Positions 20,501 to 26,365 of a DNA stretch of 64,000 nt are shown in pieces (the first letter of the stretch is position 1; every line of letters begins with the position of its first letter). The notes beneath the pieces are model-generated. The model saw nothing but the letters and a program-made list of their open reading frames with translations. It did no database searches and had not been told where the DNA came from. Source of the DNA: Kiritimatiellia bacterium (GTDB lineage Bacteria > Verrucomicrobiota > Kiritimatiellia > RFP12 > UBA1067); the NCBI GenBank assembly GCA_017395505.1, contig JAFPUH010000004.1, forward strand, positions 7,910 to 71,909, in the 5' to 3' direction. The translations under genes were made by a program, and so were the position numbers.

Positions 20501-20750
20501 CGCCGTGGCCGCAGGTCTCGACACCGGCCTCATCAACGTTACGGTCGAATACTCCGAGACCCTCGATGACGGCGGCGACTGGCAGAAGGCCACCGACTCC
20601 GTAACAACGATATCCTTCCCGCTCAAGCCAGGTACAACGACGATCGACGCCTCCGAGCTTGGTGCGATCAAGGATGCGATCGAGAGCGTAAAGGCGAAGT
20701 GCGAGGGCGGTTGCTACTTCAGGGTGAGCGCCGTCGCCGTAGAGGAATGA
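8556..20750 (+). CDS. Giant secreted protein (4,064 aa) with a Sec signal peptide, PKD/Ig-like modules, dispersed thrombospondin-type-3-like Ca-binding loops, a LamG domain and C-terminal FN3/Ig-like modules.
   Basis: ATG 8556 is preceded by AAAGAGGA (8542-8549). The N-terminus MKKKLLLPIIGMLSLVASAAGE looks like a signal peptide, whereas the track start at 8505 adds 17 non-signal residues. PKD-like ends: KLWVKDKD and RLTVTDKD. At least 12 DxDxDG(L/I/V)xDxxE loops occur between about 12550 and 18040. LamG-like region: FTVEAWVFPENLS...VSEVRIWDGARTAAEIVDAY (about 16345-17030). Confidence 0.88.
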   Translation: MKKKLLLPIIGMLSLVASAAGETAHVYEIRPWNNVTKSVSTNGQSSAENPIKGGDTFYFLVRLLNSGWKTLGAATNSWEFTTLGSYEANWATQPPHIGIVVSGVTVPATIEACIADTNINVKSSSVYYTDIICSYTVKPGDFALPVLLASDSAGTPVDNDNPTIYLDNGFGTWSLSCGSDTAILQLASLAGAETTVYATPDTAFSMREADIDLSQSGFYLKTVDFTGRNDADSWYSATVWRGVHGAGTSPEPSIASVTVSGMPTNSATLYVWSDSDSIQIGDGTLETINSKTWVPGSPGSPATFSKKVKAIEIEAGVQTYTFTLDASAGTEGDTANLYLSQFKGHTFNATNLNPDYLTIPVKVIEPEKANVKAVATTSKVDVPADSDKVADPIGTLTLSISPGYQAKASDLTITITPELQDGTAGASNYVHIASSNDASAWLNSDPLVVRVSSNTTDPDYDVNFATGKAVTKTIYVYGLGADQHTATAGHAVFFNVELDATAIGWKYFDGYSDTTSRGVMYLRPVKAGLSVASTYEAIGNINRTFELTVSDNYKNVSDDTGYTIKYKQSAEDDWEVLAGTFKPDAYGVLYSTADGTTLPSLSYIPGTFTTTFKVVTPGGDIESNEASTTVTVSEPARVSGEILLEGGATAETGTYVESDDEIIDVRASLSRAYTKADALYAFLAPADAATMACVSGTLLTNSTASAGMKILKGDTTSEKGELYIVDGGKGSGTTLNFDIVLCTTPTYDPANIVSNAYQSKTFKLTAKNQTPVVRSVTVDGLYTVENSGDTLGASVSMGVPKKFTFDVGDVEKDLKATTPDNEFQVKYSIVEGSGAGTPQTILEGDPATTNFTYTFTSSGLATIKLWVKDKDMTTFATTPDFSFKMNILDYPSISIANDFGGAIAEGQVGLANSKMTLKLSENASPDPLDVEITVDPVDSSAADPGLMLLGGINLTNKIDSVTGDTITNVYCIALKPGQTTYDFYLTKSDGTLASEVSGFKLTPKVTTTNAVPNLAGKTWDTYYISDASAIAIKNVAPTIVCSLGEENVSTNGFKGAIGNNEEITWHVGDASELDLAAGLDCQWWSTDYGDEPKTNITSGAEISFTPRFKTSGTKMIRLTVTDKDKATGNGTTVMSWYYEVEPSKTLKTIALGPSRGTGNSLVSQRYAAAAGIGEGHVFAAGDFAGATSYVLSWNCGTDLSVNFWAWGYKTNTVDNGTLNSSTAYEFDVPLDPHGNNSGDGKSALAKYYAYTPNDDCDSFFYGLLFTSIDEGSSSVSSSLSGSTVAPEIVGREIEVPTLWIPLPDTTAGESGKYVDTIVEAIFSKEYDTTDNMGDIDQDGLPDYFAVDKIWKTGSPLVAVDGVGGELGNGASLNDDGDYLPTEAQLLNGTVVSSAGWDESGQPFTAKLEARGFHKGLNFGMFPITDGEGWVSDLDLSVAEIAALNRYVATRTDLPWCTNDYTDVMTDYDMRTNAMDCIRQSWKGYNKFNTSKWGFTVENRTDPTQWDTDGDNIPDGYEYYYWYAATVGYDAAGTPMTGEKFNLADIESPIPITSAEIAGLMNPNIAADYQWGKQDSDEDGLSDYEEYVLGTNPFKWDTDGDGLSDLYEVLYGIDPLANNSNANNGDYNGDGDYMATATLGTYAIYEYGGKAYAYIIPLDIPGIPGPGTNTLSGVGFEVAEFNGGYMPVSRTFTESDESATLADYVYDTTDASAVPVVKTGNVVLYHYQVYNYFGFSPRTAWYGTWPNGTLSPTSRWLENGSPLTAGTPDKTQAYTALDEFRLLKYRYITGLASYADDKKAIDEADDKVQKRTDILIARTTNGGVAQDEKTVGNRTFAAKVHGADTDSDGVPDGWELYVGVNPNIPYTDTVHETLYNAIRQLDAGDGLALAAEYAGTDSTLAYQACETIYANHPDNESGCMYQWYNKFFPTDPRSSDTDEDGVEDGAEKANWSRPWTYNRWANGKTAKVDGKGITAHHKTIYGSPYDSGVRSVRGGGGNPCTIDTDQDGLPDGWEHQYAGVVFTGDSLAEGSLTTEGTIDPSLYDDIRAAASAYNSSSVSNVSFYVCMGQDITYPDAFTDVSKGLTSADWDGDGLENGQEYMIQAMRHLRYDDSITPLMGRDCAGFNAATGKVEPGAWNGEGGASGDSGFVSVPLGEELTSGELETLEKLGYGNFAAYVKGHPEYLRTLGYFAEPPQSWDPAGLEGVGYRYMLPPHLVRYSTAAEKLQATDALGNTLWAYLDYDPNVAYDEWSTSTFPGVVVTNTVSGDPRPLDDNPQTFYTKADHGSIVTDGTMYYAIDYEIASGVTNVYLDIVCRVSGGTTTNLVVTNVAASAYVSTDPRLWDTDEDGMDDYYEMFHGLNPILGSIGTIERYDITNTIAGVDYVTTYVSMSGASDVIYDAYGLVSVARNAWIGWDFENEVVYDALRYPWMMGAGLADADGDGLRNEEEALFANLASPTTSHTDPTPLWMTDTTVGYTNYVLTATYPVTNYVYTADGTIMTKKDPVGGREPVYSNIVDRTVIKGSFKVFKSPSYTAQYYDAPWYDIGAGFSSGYAFDFEQNEGYDTDSDKRSDSIERRNLTERSSDPLDFSDPMRRQSIHFGGDLDEGVAVTFDPVTRPTYASNADFLKQFTVEAWVFPENLSVTHDQYIVSRSANYGGWSLSNSNAVIRTSFAIGINPAGYPFAEIEDTTKSSERVYSTKPLAVGKWSHVAATYDGETFVIYFDGEKVGENKTSIIPATGVTAVEQDPQTSHSAYFPVVDYVTVPSATVIGARASGAGAFGHEAAAEITVWTDLADDFYKGSVSEVRIWDGARTAAEIVDAYKKAFTSAEIDEMRRDIYSLYDNSTARRNDTTVNSVLPAELVQHYNFSTIGGATAKTNVQIVPAGFEKNVLDEVCENGAPVNRKLLNVGWWSDLLNNTVLGTSVYASPHVVPWLGNTVGHMPRLSGAVADSVFWSERFAGWTPASFHGLEKFAFPNTMDPYNIVYSRSSGSRSQKDQSLIYKTQILRAQYPDSEDYDEFWTQNLYDLRREFPGTSDLIPLGSAYAERKTSYWDGQGPESAWAITSTNSLVAVDGDINDNGIPDWAEATYATPLDYVRALAHGLLPPTGAIDSNYENTEDIDGDGLRDWWEKFFGIYSEGPNDDHDRDGLSNYQEYLIGEVYTSFGFTDLSPTAAYSKGTAVTDYFLRYGSLYLGELFSDHDMIEDSFEDYKPSVVSLGGTLVSNFSRYIYDADWDAEHSGWDNWSIARAWFNESYTSNVVVEVGSTAVTNEYVFSKVDDNNGNPNPSIPIRVTYRDKNRIHTGIGNYDSNPHQIVVMAWSLENSSRDKAFGAPDCIWGNKLVGEGPYYVMEGIAKGYAAAKGAVRPGRNMFAAYIAEGEYVEGGTTPGFAPGLPYGVTIGEVGPVGGADINIELTDTNPSIVRLNVAAALAIQNGDESGSLTAGTEEATTGFNTIAQTYTDRGQRETGSLKMSYYIGEDTELTVSNVHVRVLRSNINGVARAEDDTILSSMNVLLDCHLNLAVNGMLTEAALLATLKPGEGDLDWGGLAFASDVFNGMQNITNAAYRIVIGDGVVDNELDNNNLIVMFINKFETVQTPVTNMNVRTFSGRPTFSWSHNNTIGKDYPAFQLRVWDATTDALVYDSGVQRAPVRDQGGYYNWAAPLYVGALLPNGQTFSANTKYKWSVSMLDAKFTTPNTTEVKKEFAMQETSPGPGSDDYGIIKVAVKYMGPGTVATTTTNDRIRVEAFTTPDFVGEPAGVGYVTSSATLDSVNAIDVNATIAGLPVKDNYGRTAKYYVRAFLDTDVTSAEGGFGKRAPWESWGYASYRDPKEGRDDQFTAMPITATNNENAEPCVVFIEDCDTNRNMVPDILEKAAGATANKLISPYIAFTASDIVKTNALIDATNGVNGIAATVRTSRMLLAYASAVESAKSGTVTAGELAILTGAVSFDTTDSTYIKIKSFSLDEGISLEVVVGDTFDNAVAAGLDTGLINVTVEYSETLDDGGDWQKATDSVTTISFPLKPGTTTIDASELGAIKDAIESVKAKCEGGCYFRVSAVAVEE

Positions 20751-20780
20751 TCTAGGTAAACCAAGGAAGCGACACATAAG

Positions 20781-21917
20781 ATGAAGAAGACTATCAAGAA
20801 GGTTCTGGTCGTAAACTCGGGCTCAAGCTCGCTCAAGTACCAGCTGTTCGACATGACAACCGAGACCCGTCTCGCGAAGGGACTCGTGGAGCGCATCGGC
20901 GCGGGCGGCCCCGCCAACCACGCCGAAGCCCTCAAGCAGGTCGTCGCCGACCTCGGTTCGCCCAAGGATATCGACGCCATCGGCCACCGCGTGCTGCACG
21001 GCGCCGAGGTCTTCAAGGATTCCGTCAAGGTCGACGCCAAGGTGCTCGCCAAGCTTGACAAGCTCGTCAAGTTCGGCCCCCTGCACATGCCCGCCAACAT
21101 TGGCGGCATCCGCGCCTGCCAGCAGATCTTCAAGGGCGTGCCCAATGTGGCCGTCTTTGATACGGCCTTCCACCAGACGATGCCCGACTGCGCCGCGATG
21201 TACGCCATCGACCCCAAGTACTACAAGAAGATGGGCATCCGCAAGTACGGCTTCCACGGCACTAGCCACAAGTTCGTCACCCAGGCGGCGGCGGCCTTCC
21301 TCAAGAAGCCCGTCGACAAGGTCAACCTCGTCACCTGCCACCTCGGCAACGGCTCCTCGCTCGCCGCGATCAAGGGCGGCCAGGTGGTCGACACCACGAT
21401 GGGTCTCACCCCGCTCGCCGGTCTTGTGATGGGTACGCGCTGCGGCGACATCGACGCGGCGGCCGTTCTCGCCATAATGGAGGCTGAGAAGAAGACTCCT
21501 GCCGAGATGGACAAGCTCCTCAACAAGCAGTCCGGCCTGCAGGCGCTCTCCGGAGTTCCCGGCGGCGACTGCCGCGACATCGTCGCCAAGGCCGAAAAGG
21601 GCAACAAGGGTGCCGAACTCGCGCTTGAGATGCTCGGCTACCGCACGGCCCTCTACATCGGCGCCTACAACACGATCATCGGCGGCGCGGATGCGATCGT
21701 CATGACGGGCGGCATCGGCGAGAATTCGTCCGAGGCCCGCGAGCGCATCATCGGCCGTCTCGGCGCGCTGGGCATCAAGCTCGACAAGAAGGCCAACGCC
21801 AAGACCCGCGGTGTCGTCGCCGTGCTCTCGACGAAGGATTCCAAGATTCCAGTCGTCGTGCTGCCGACCAACGAAGAGCTTATGATCGCCAAGGATACCG
21901 TCAAGGTTCTCGGCTAA
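20781..21917 (+). CDS. ackA: Acetate kinase
   Basis: N-terminal VLVVNSGSSSLKYQLFDM. Also HRVLHGAE, AVFDTAFHQTMP, YGFHGTSH and IVMTGGIGENS, which are the canonical acetate/propionate kinase motifs. Confidence 0.93.
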   Translation: MKKTIKKVLVVNSGSSSLKYQLFDMTTETRLAKGLVERIGAGGPANHAEALKQVVADLGSPKDIDAIGHRVLHGAEVFKDSVKVDAKVLAKLDKLVKFGPLHMPANIGGIRACQQIFKGVPNVAVFDTAFHQTMPDCAAMYAIDPKYYKKMGIRKYGFHGTSHKFVTQAAAAFLKKPVDKVNLVTCHLGNGSSLAAIKGGQVVDTTMGLTPLAGLVMGTRCGDIDAAAVLAIMEAEKKTPAEMDKLLNKQSGLQALSGVPGGDCRDIVAKAEKGNKGAELALEMLGYRTALYIGAYNTIIGGADAIVMTGGIGENSSEARERIIGRLGALGIKLDKKANAKTRGVVAVLSTKDSKIPVVVLPTNEELMIAKDTVKVLG

Positions 21918-21932
21918 AGGGAGTTTCGTAAA

Positions 21933-22970
21933 ATGGATGCGATCAAGAACATAATCGAAAGGGCTTCGGCCCTCAACGGAACGGTCGTCCTGCCCGAGGG
22001 CATGGATGCCCGCGTCATCACCGCCGCATGCGCCTGCGTCGACCGCAAGATCTGCACGCCTGTCGTGCTCGGCACGCCCGAGGAGATCGCCATCGCCGAG
22101 GCTTCGGCCGGCCTTAGCCTCGCGCCTCGCGGCATCAAGACCATCGACTACACCCAGGGCGACGCCGAACTCGAGTCGGCCTACCTCGAGGCGTGGAACG
22201 CCAAGGAGTCGAAGAAGCCCGCCGAGAAGCAGAAGATCATCGACCTCGCGACCGCCCAGAAGACCCTGCGCACCAAGCGCATCTACTTCGGCGGCATGAT
22301 GGTCAAGCTCGGCAGGGTCAACGGGCTCGTCGCCGGCTCCATCGCCTCGACCGGCGACATGCTTCGCGCGGCGTTCCATACTCTCGGCACGCAGAAGGGC
22401 GTCAAGACGGCCAGCTCGTGCTTCATAATGGATCTCAAGCGCCCGACGCCGTCCGGCGACAGCGTGCTCGCCTTCGGCGACTGCGCCGTCATACCCAACC
22501 CGACCGCCGAGCAGCTCGTGGATATCGGCCTCGCCACCGCGCAGACCTATCGCGACCTGACAGGCAACGAGCCTCGCGTCGCCTATCTCTCGTTCTCCAC
22601 AAAGGGTTCCGCCGCCGGCGATCTGGTCGAGAAGGTTCAGAAGGCCGTCGAGCTCGCCAGGCCACGCTTCGCCGAGGCCGGCATCAAGATGGATGGCGAG
22701 ATGCAGTTCGATGCCGCGATCGTTCCCTCCGTCGGCCAGCTCAAGAATCCGAGCGGCGAGATTCAGGGCAACGCCAACGTGTTCATCTTCCCCGACCTGC
22801 AGGCGGGCAATATCGGCTACAAGATCGCCCAGCGCCTCGGCGAGGCGGATGCGATCGGCCCGAACCTTCAGGGTCTCGCAAAGGCGATGAACGACCTTTC
22901 GCGCGGCTGCTCCGCCGAGGATATCGTCGGCACCATCTGCGTGACGCTTCTTCAGAGCCAGACAAAGTAA
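21933..22970 (+). CDS. pta: Phosphate acetyltransferase
   Basis: VVLPEGMDARVITAA near the N-terminus. C-terminal ANVFIFPDLQAGNIGYKIAQRLG..AIGPNLQGLAKAMNDLSRGCS. It lies immediately downstream of ackA. Confidence 0.9.
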   Translation: MDAIKNIIERASALNGTVVLPEGMDARVITAACACVDRKICTPVVLGTPEEIAIAEASAGLSLAPRGIKTIDYTQGDAELESAYLEAWNAKESKKPAEKQKIIDLATAQKTLRTKRIYFGGMMVKLGRVNGLVAGSIASTGDMLRAAFHTLGTQKGVKTASSCFIMDLKRPTPSGDSVLAFGDCAVIPNPTAEQLVDIGLATAQTYRDLTGNEPRVAYLSFSTKGSAAGDLVEKVQKAVELARPRFAEAGIKMDGEMQFDAAIVPSVGQLKNPSGEIQGNANVFIFPDLQAGNIGYKIAQRLGEADAIGPNLQGLAKAMNDLSRGCSAEDIVGTICVTLLQSQTK

Positions 22971-22980
22971 GGGAGACATC

Positions 22981-23964
22981 GTGACCGGCGAAGAGATGAC
23001 AAAGCGTGCGCGCGAGGTCTTCGACATCGAGATCGAAGGCCTGCGCCGTACTCGCGACTCGCTCGGCGAGACGTTCAACGAGGCTGTCCGCATGATTCTC
23101 GACTGCACGGCCAACGGCGGCATACTCGTCGTCTCCGGCGTAGGCAAGAACCTGCACATAGCCGAGAAGATGAGCGCCATTTTCTCCTCGACCGGCACAC
23201 GCTCCATAGTGCTTAATCCCGTGCAGGCCATGCACGGCGACCTGGGCATGGTCTCGGCCAAGGATATCCTTCTCGCCCTTTCGTTCAGCGGCGAGAGCGA
23301 CGAGGTATTGAAGCTCATACCTGCCATCAGGCGTCACGGGCTCAAGGTAATCTCGATGACCGGCAAGCCCGGCTCGACGCTCGCCCAGATGAGCGACCTG
23401 CATATAGAGATACCCTGCGGCAAGGAGGCCTGTCCGTTCGGCATGGCCCCGACCAACTCTACCACGGCTACGATGGCCATGGGCGACGCCCTCGCCATGG
23501 TGCTGATCGACGCCCAGAAGTTCGCCATCGAGGAGTACGCGATGAACCATCCGGCGGGCGCCATCGGCCGCGCGCTCGTGATGAAGGTCACCGACGTCAT
23601 GCGCCACGGCGAGCGCCTTGCGAAGGTGCTGCCTTCGGCCACCGTGATGGCCACGCTTCTCGCCATGACTGCCGCCAAGGCCGGTTCGGCCGTCATAGCC
23701 GACGAGAGCGGCAAGCTGCTCGGCATATTCACCGACGGCGACTTCCGCCGCATAATGAGCGAAGGCCACGCCGACGTTCTCGAGTCGCCCGTCTCGAAGT
23801 TCATGACGGCCTCGCCGATGTTCGTGCGCAACGATGTCTACGCCGCCGAGCTCCTGAAGATCTTCGAGCGCAAGCGCATCGACGACCTGCCGGTCTGCGA
23901 CGCTGAAGGCCGCGTCGTCGGCCTCGTCGACATTCAGGATCTGCCCAAGATGAAGGTTTTATAA
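22981..23964 (+). CDS. kpsF: KpsF/GutQ-family arabinose-5-phosphate isomerase (SIS domain plus tandem CBS)
   Basis: SIS motifs VVSGVGKNLHIAEKMSAIFSSTGT and LALSFSGESDE. The C-terminal CBS pair includes ..AVIADESGKLLGIFTDGDFRR.. and ..LPVCDAEGRVVGLVDIQDL. GTG 22981 is preceded by GGGAGA; ATG 22996 is an alternative start. Confidence 0.88.
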   Translation: MTGEEMTKRAREVFDIEIEGLRRTRDSLGETFNEAVRMILDCTANGGILVVSGVGKNLHIAEKMSAIFSSTGTRSIVLNPVQAMHGDLGMVSAKDILLALSFSGESDEVLKLIPAIRRHGLKVISMTGKPGSTLAQMSDLHIEIPCGKEACPFGMAPTNSTTATMAMGDALAMVLIDAQKFAIEEYAMNHPAGAIGRALVMKVTDVMRHGERLAKVLPSATVMATLLAMTAAKAGSAVIADESGKLLGIFTDGDFRRIMSEGHADVLESPVSKFMTASPMFVRNDVYAAELLKIFERKRIDDLPVCDAEGRVVGLVDIQDLPKMKVL

Positions 23965-23984
23965 GACAAGAAAGGAACTGCCAA

Positions 23985-24728
23985 ATGAACATCAGGAAAT
24001 TTGTGATTTTTGCGACAGCCGCGCTTGTGGCGGCGTCGGTGGTGGCCGCCCCCACCAAGAGCTCGGCCAAGAAGGGCGGCCGCAGCGCCAAGGCCGCCGC
24101 CGTCGAGGATGAGGAGGAGGGCCCCGACGCCAAGGTCAAGATCGACCAGTTCCCCAGGCTCGGCCGCGCCTCGACCATCTCGTTCCCAGGCATCGATGCA
24201 CCGACGACCCTCAACGGACGCGTCTTCACGAAGCCCCGCCAGTGGATTGTGCTCGAGGCGAAGTATACGACGTTCGACCAGCTCGTCGAGCAGCTGACCT
24301 TCACCTGGCACGTGCTTCTCGACAGCAAGACCGCCACCACCAAGGACAAGGAAGCCCTCGCGAAGCGCGCCCCCTACTCCTACTTCACGCAGACCGTCAC
24401 CTACGTGAACATTCCCAGGGGCAGCCACGCCGCCTCGGTCTGCCTGCATCCCAGCTACTTTGAGCAGTATGGCGAGCCCAAGGCCGTCGGCCTCGTCATC
24501 ACCGACAGCAAGGGCAACGTGCTCGCCGGCGATTGCGAGAGCGAGATACAGAAGATACAGTCCCATCCCAAGTCTCTCGACGACGCGTTCTGGAACAAGA
24601 GCGACATCATGAACGCCAAGGCCAACGCCGACGGCGATCCCATGATCGAGCGTCGTCAGGGTCTGCAGGACCGCAGCAAGACGGTCTGGTCCCTCGTCAA
24701 CCCCAACGACTACGAACTGGTGCAGTAA
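23985..24728 (+). CDS. Secreted hypothetical protein, first gene of the pilus-like cluster (occupies the Amuc_1102 position)
   Basis: Signal-peptide-like N-terminus MNIRKFVIFATAALVAASVVAAP, then a K/A/E-rich linker, then a beta-rich body with no motif I recognise. Its TAA stop overlaps the next ATG (TAATG, 24726-24730). Confidence 0.8.
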   Translation: MNIRKFVIFATAALVAASVVAAPTKSSAKKGGRSAKAAAVEDEEEGPDAKVKIDQFPRLGRASTISFPGIDAPTTLNGRVFTKPRQWIVLEAKYTTFDQLVEQLTFTWHVLLDSKTATTKDKEALAKRAPYSYFTQTVTYVNIPRGSHAASVCLHPSYFEQYGEPKAVGLVITDSKGNVLAGDCESEIQKIQSHPKSLDDAFWNKSDIMNAKANADGDPMIERRQGLQDRSKTVWSLVNPNDYELVQ

Positions 24729-26365
24729 TGGGCAAGAAATTCCTCACACTCGACATCGGCGCCGCCAATGTCGCCCTCGCCGAATATGAAGCCGGCGCCA
24801 AAGGTGCGCTGACGCTTCTCAACTACGGCATCGCTCCGCTGTCGGCTCCGCTCGACTCCGGCGACGCGGCCACGATACTCGTGCCCGCGATAATGGATAT
24901 CGTCCGCGAGAAGGGCATACGCCCCGGCCCAGTGGCCGTCTCGCTCTCGAGCCATATGGTCTTCCCGAGGCTTGCGGCGATAACGCCTGCCGGCGGACCC
25001 GAGAAGTTCGAGCAGATGATCCGCTACGAGATCGAGCAGAACGTGCCGTTCCCGATAGACGAGATGGTCTGCGACCGCCAGGTTCTCGGCGACACCGAGA
25101 ACGGCGACAAGTCTGTCATGATCGTCGCGGCCAAGGTCGAGCAGGTCGAGGCCATAACGAACGCCGTCGCCTCGGCCGGCTTCAGGCCCGAGATGGTCGA
25201 CGTCGCCCCGCTCGCCTTCACAAACGCGGTCGATGCCGCGACCGGCGGCGACGGCAGCTGCAAGATACTTCTCGACATCGGCGCCAAGACCACTTCGCTT
25301 ATCATCGCCGAGGGCGAAAAGCTCTACAACCGCTCCATCCCGATCGGCGGCAACAACATCACGCGCGACATTGCCCAGGCGCTTGGCTGCTCTCCGGCCG
25401 AGGCCGAACAGCTCAAGCGCGAGAAGGGCTACGTCTCGCTCGGCGGCGTCGCCGAGGATGAGGATGCCGTCGCCGACCGCGTGGCCAAGGTGTGCCGCGC
25501 CGTCATGAGCAGGCTGCTCGCCGAGATTTCGCGCAGCGTCAACTTCTATCGCTCGCAGCAGGGCGGCGGAGCCCCCGTCAAGCTCTACATCACCGGCGGC
25601 ACGGCCCTCCTGCCGCAGATCGACACGTTCTTCGCAGACTCGCTGCATATCGAAGTCGAGTTCTTCAATCCGTTCGGCTTCATATCCGTCGGCAGCTCCG
25701 TGGACCAGACGACCCTCGGCTCCGACGGCGCGATGCTCACGCCCACCGCCGGTCTCGCGCTGCATATGGCCGGTGTCGCGAAGTTCTCGATAAACCTTCT
25801 GCCCCCGGCCCTCATAGCCGCTCGCGCCGAGAAGGCCAAGATACCCGTGGTGTGCGCGGCTGGCGGACTCTTTGTCGCGGCTCTCGTCCTCGTGATGCTC
25901 GCCGTCGGCAAGCAGTCTGAGGTCGTGCAGACCACCTATGACGCCGTCGAGTCGAAGCTCAACGTCCTTAAGGGCTACGAGACGAAGATGAAGGCCGCCG
26001 AGAAGGAGGTCGATGAGGCCAAGGCTTCGGCCGACGCATTGGCGCGACTCATGGGCTCCCGCTTCAATACGTGCGCAAGGCTCGCCATCGTGCGCAAGAC
26101 CCTCACGCCCGGCTACATGTGGGTCGAACGCTGGGAACCCGGCCGCATCACGATACGCGGCTGGAAGGACATCCTCGACGACTTCGAGAAGATCGACGCC
26201 GCAAGCAACGGCGGCAAGCAGCGTACGGCCTCCGAGATCGTGGCCGCGCGTCTCAAGAGCGAGCCGCTGATCGTAGATCCCGACAGCGTCAGGATATCCG
26301 ACATGACCACGATCGGCAGGAACGGATCCATCCAACAATTCACAGTGGAGCTTAAGTTCAAATGA
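24728..26365 (+). CDS. PilM-PilN fusion protein: an actin-like ATPase-fold pilus assembly protein fused to a PilN-like bitopic membrane domain
   Basis: PilM motifs: LTLDIGAANVALAEY, LLDIGAKTTSLIIAEGEKLYNRSIPIGGNNITRDIAQALGCSPAEAEQLKREKG, LYITGGTALLPQID..FFNPF. The PilN-like part follows: FSINLLPP, the TM segment IPVVCAAGGLFVAALVLVMLAV, a coiled coil, and a C-terminal domain. The track ORF start at 24533 lies inside the upstream gene, so the true start is ATG 24728. Confidence 0.88.
   Translation: MGKKFLTLDIGAANVALAEYEAGAKGALTLLNYGIAPLSAPLDSGDAATILVPAIMDIVREKGIRPGPVAVSLSSHMVFPRLAAITPAGGPEKFEQMIRYEIEQNVPFPIDEMVCDRQVLGDTENGDKSVMIVAAKVEQVEAITNAVASAGFRPEMVDVAPLAFTNAVDAATGGDGSCKILLDIGAKTTSLIIAEGEKLYNRSIPIGGNNITRDIAQALGCSPAEAEQLKREKGYVSLGGVAEDEDAVADRVAKVCRAVMSRLLAEISRSVNFYRSQQGGGAPVKLYITGGTALLPQIDTFFADSLHIEVEFFNPFGFISVGSSVDQTTLGSDGAMLTPTAGLALHMAGVAKFSINLLPPALIAARAEKAKIPVVCAAGGLFVAALVLVMLAVGKQSEVVQTTYDAVESKLNVLKGYETKMKAAEKEVDEAKASADALARLMGSRFNTCARLAIVRKTLTPGYMWVERWEPGRITIRGWKDILDDFEKIDAASNGGKQRTASEIVAARLKSEPLIVDPDSVRISDMTTIGRNGSIQQFTVELKFK

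Noticed and set aside
20751-23964. ackA-pta-kpsF as functional parts of the giant-protein or pilus system
   Set aside because: These are canonical central-metabolism and Kdo-precursor genes. Their position between the two accessory blocks looks like tight packing rather than functional linkage, and there is no sequence evidence for a link.
23933-23965. TATAAG at 23960-23965 as a promoter for the pilus-like cluster
   Set aside because: No acceptable -35 element lies at 16-19 nt, and the hexamer lies within the last codons and stop of kpsF. The cluster may be read through from kpsF or use a non-sigma70 promoter that I cannot recognise.
24533-24727. Upstream extensions of track ORFs. Affected ORFs and their track starts: PilM-N from 24533, uvrA from 34054, ICMT-like from 36342, D-aminoacylase from 38156, clpP from 48012, clpX from 48083, nanA from 55515, rfbA from 60642, V-ATPase B to 62997, giant 2 from 8505.
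   Set aside because: The extensions are Arg/Pro-rich, overlap the preceding gene's coding region, and precede conserved family N-termini that have their own Shine-Dalgarno sequence or stop/start coupling. The downstream starts were therefore chosen.
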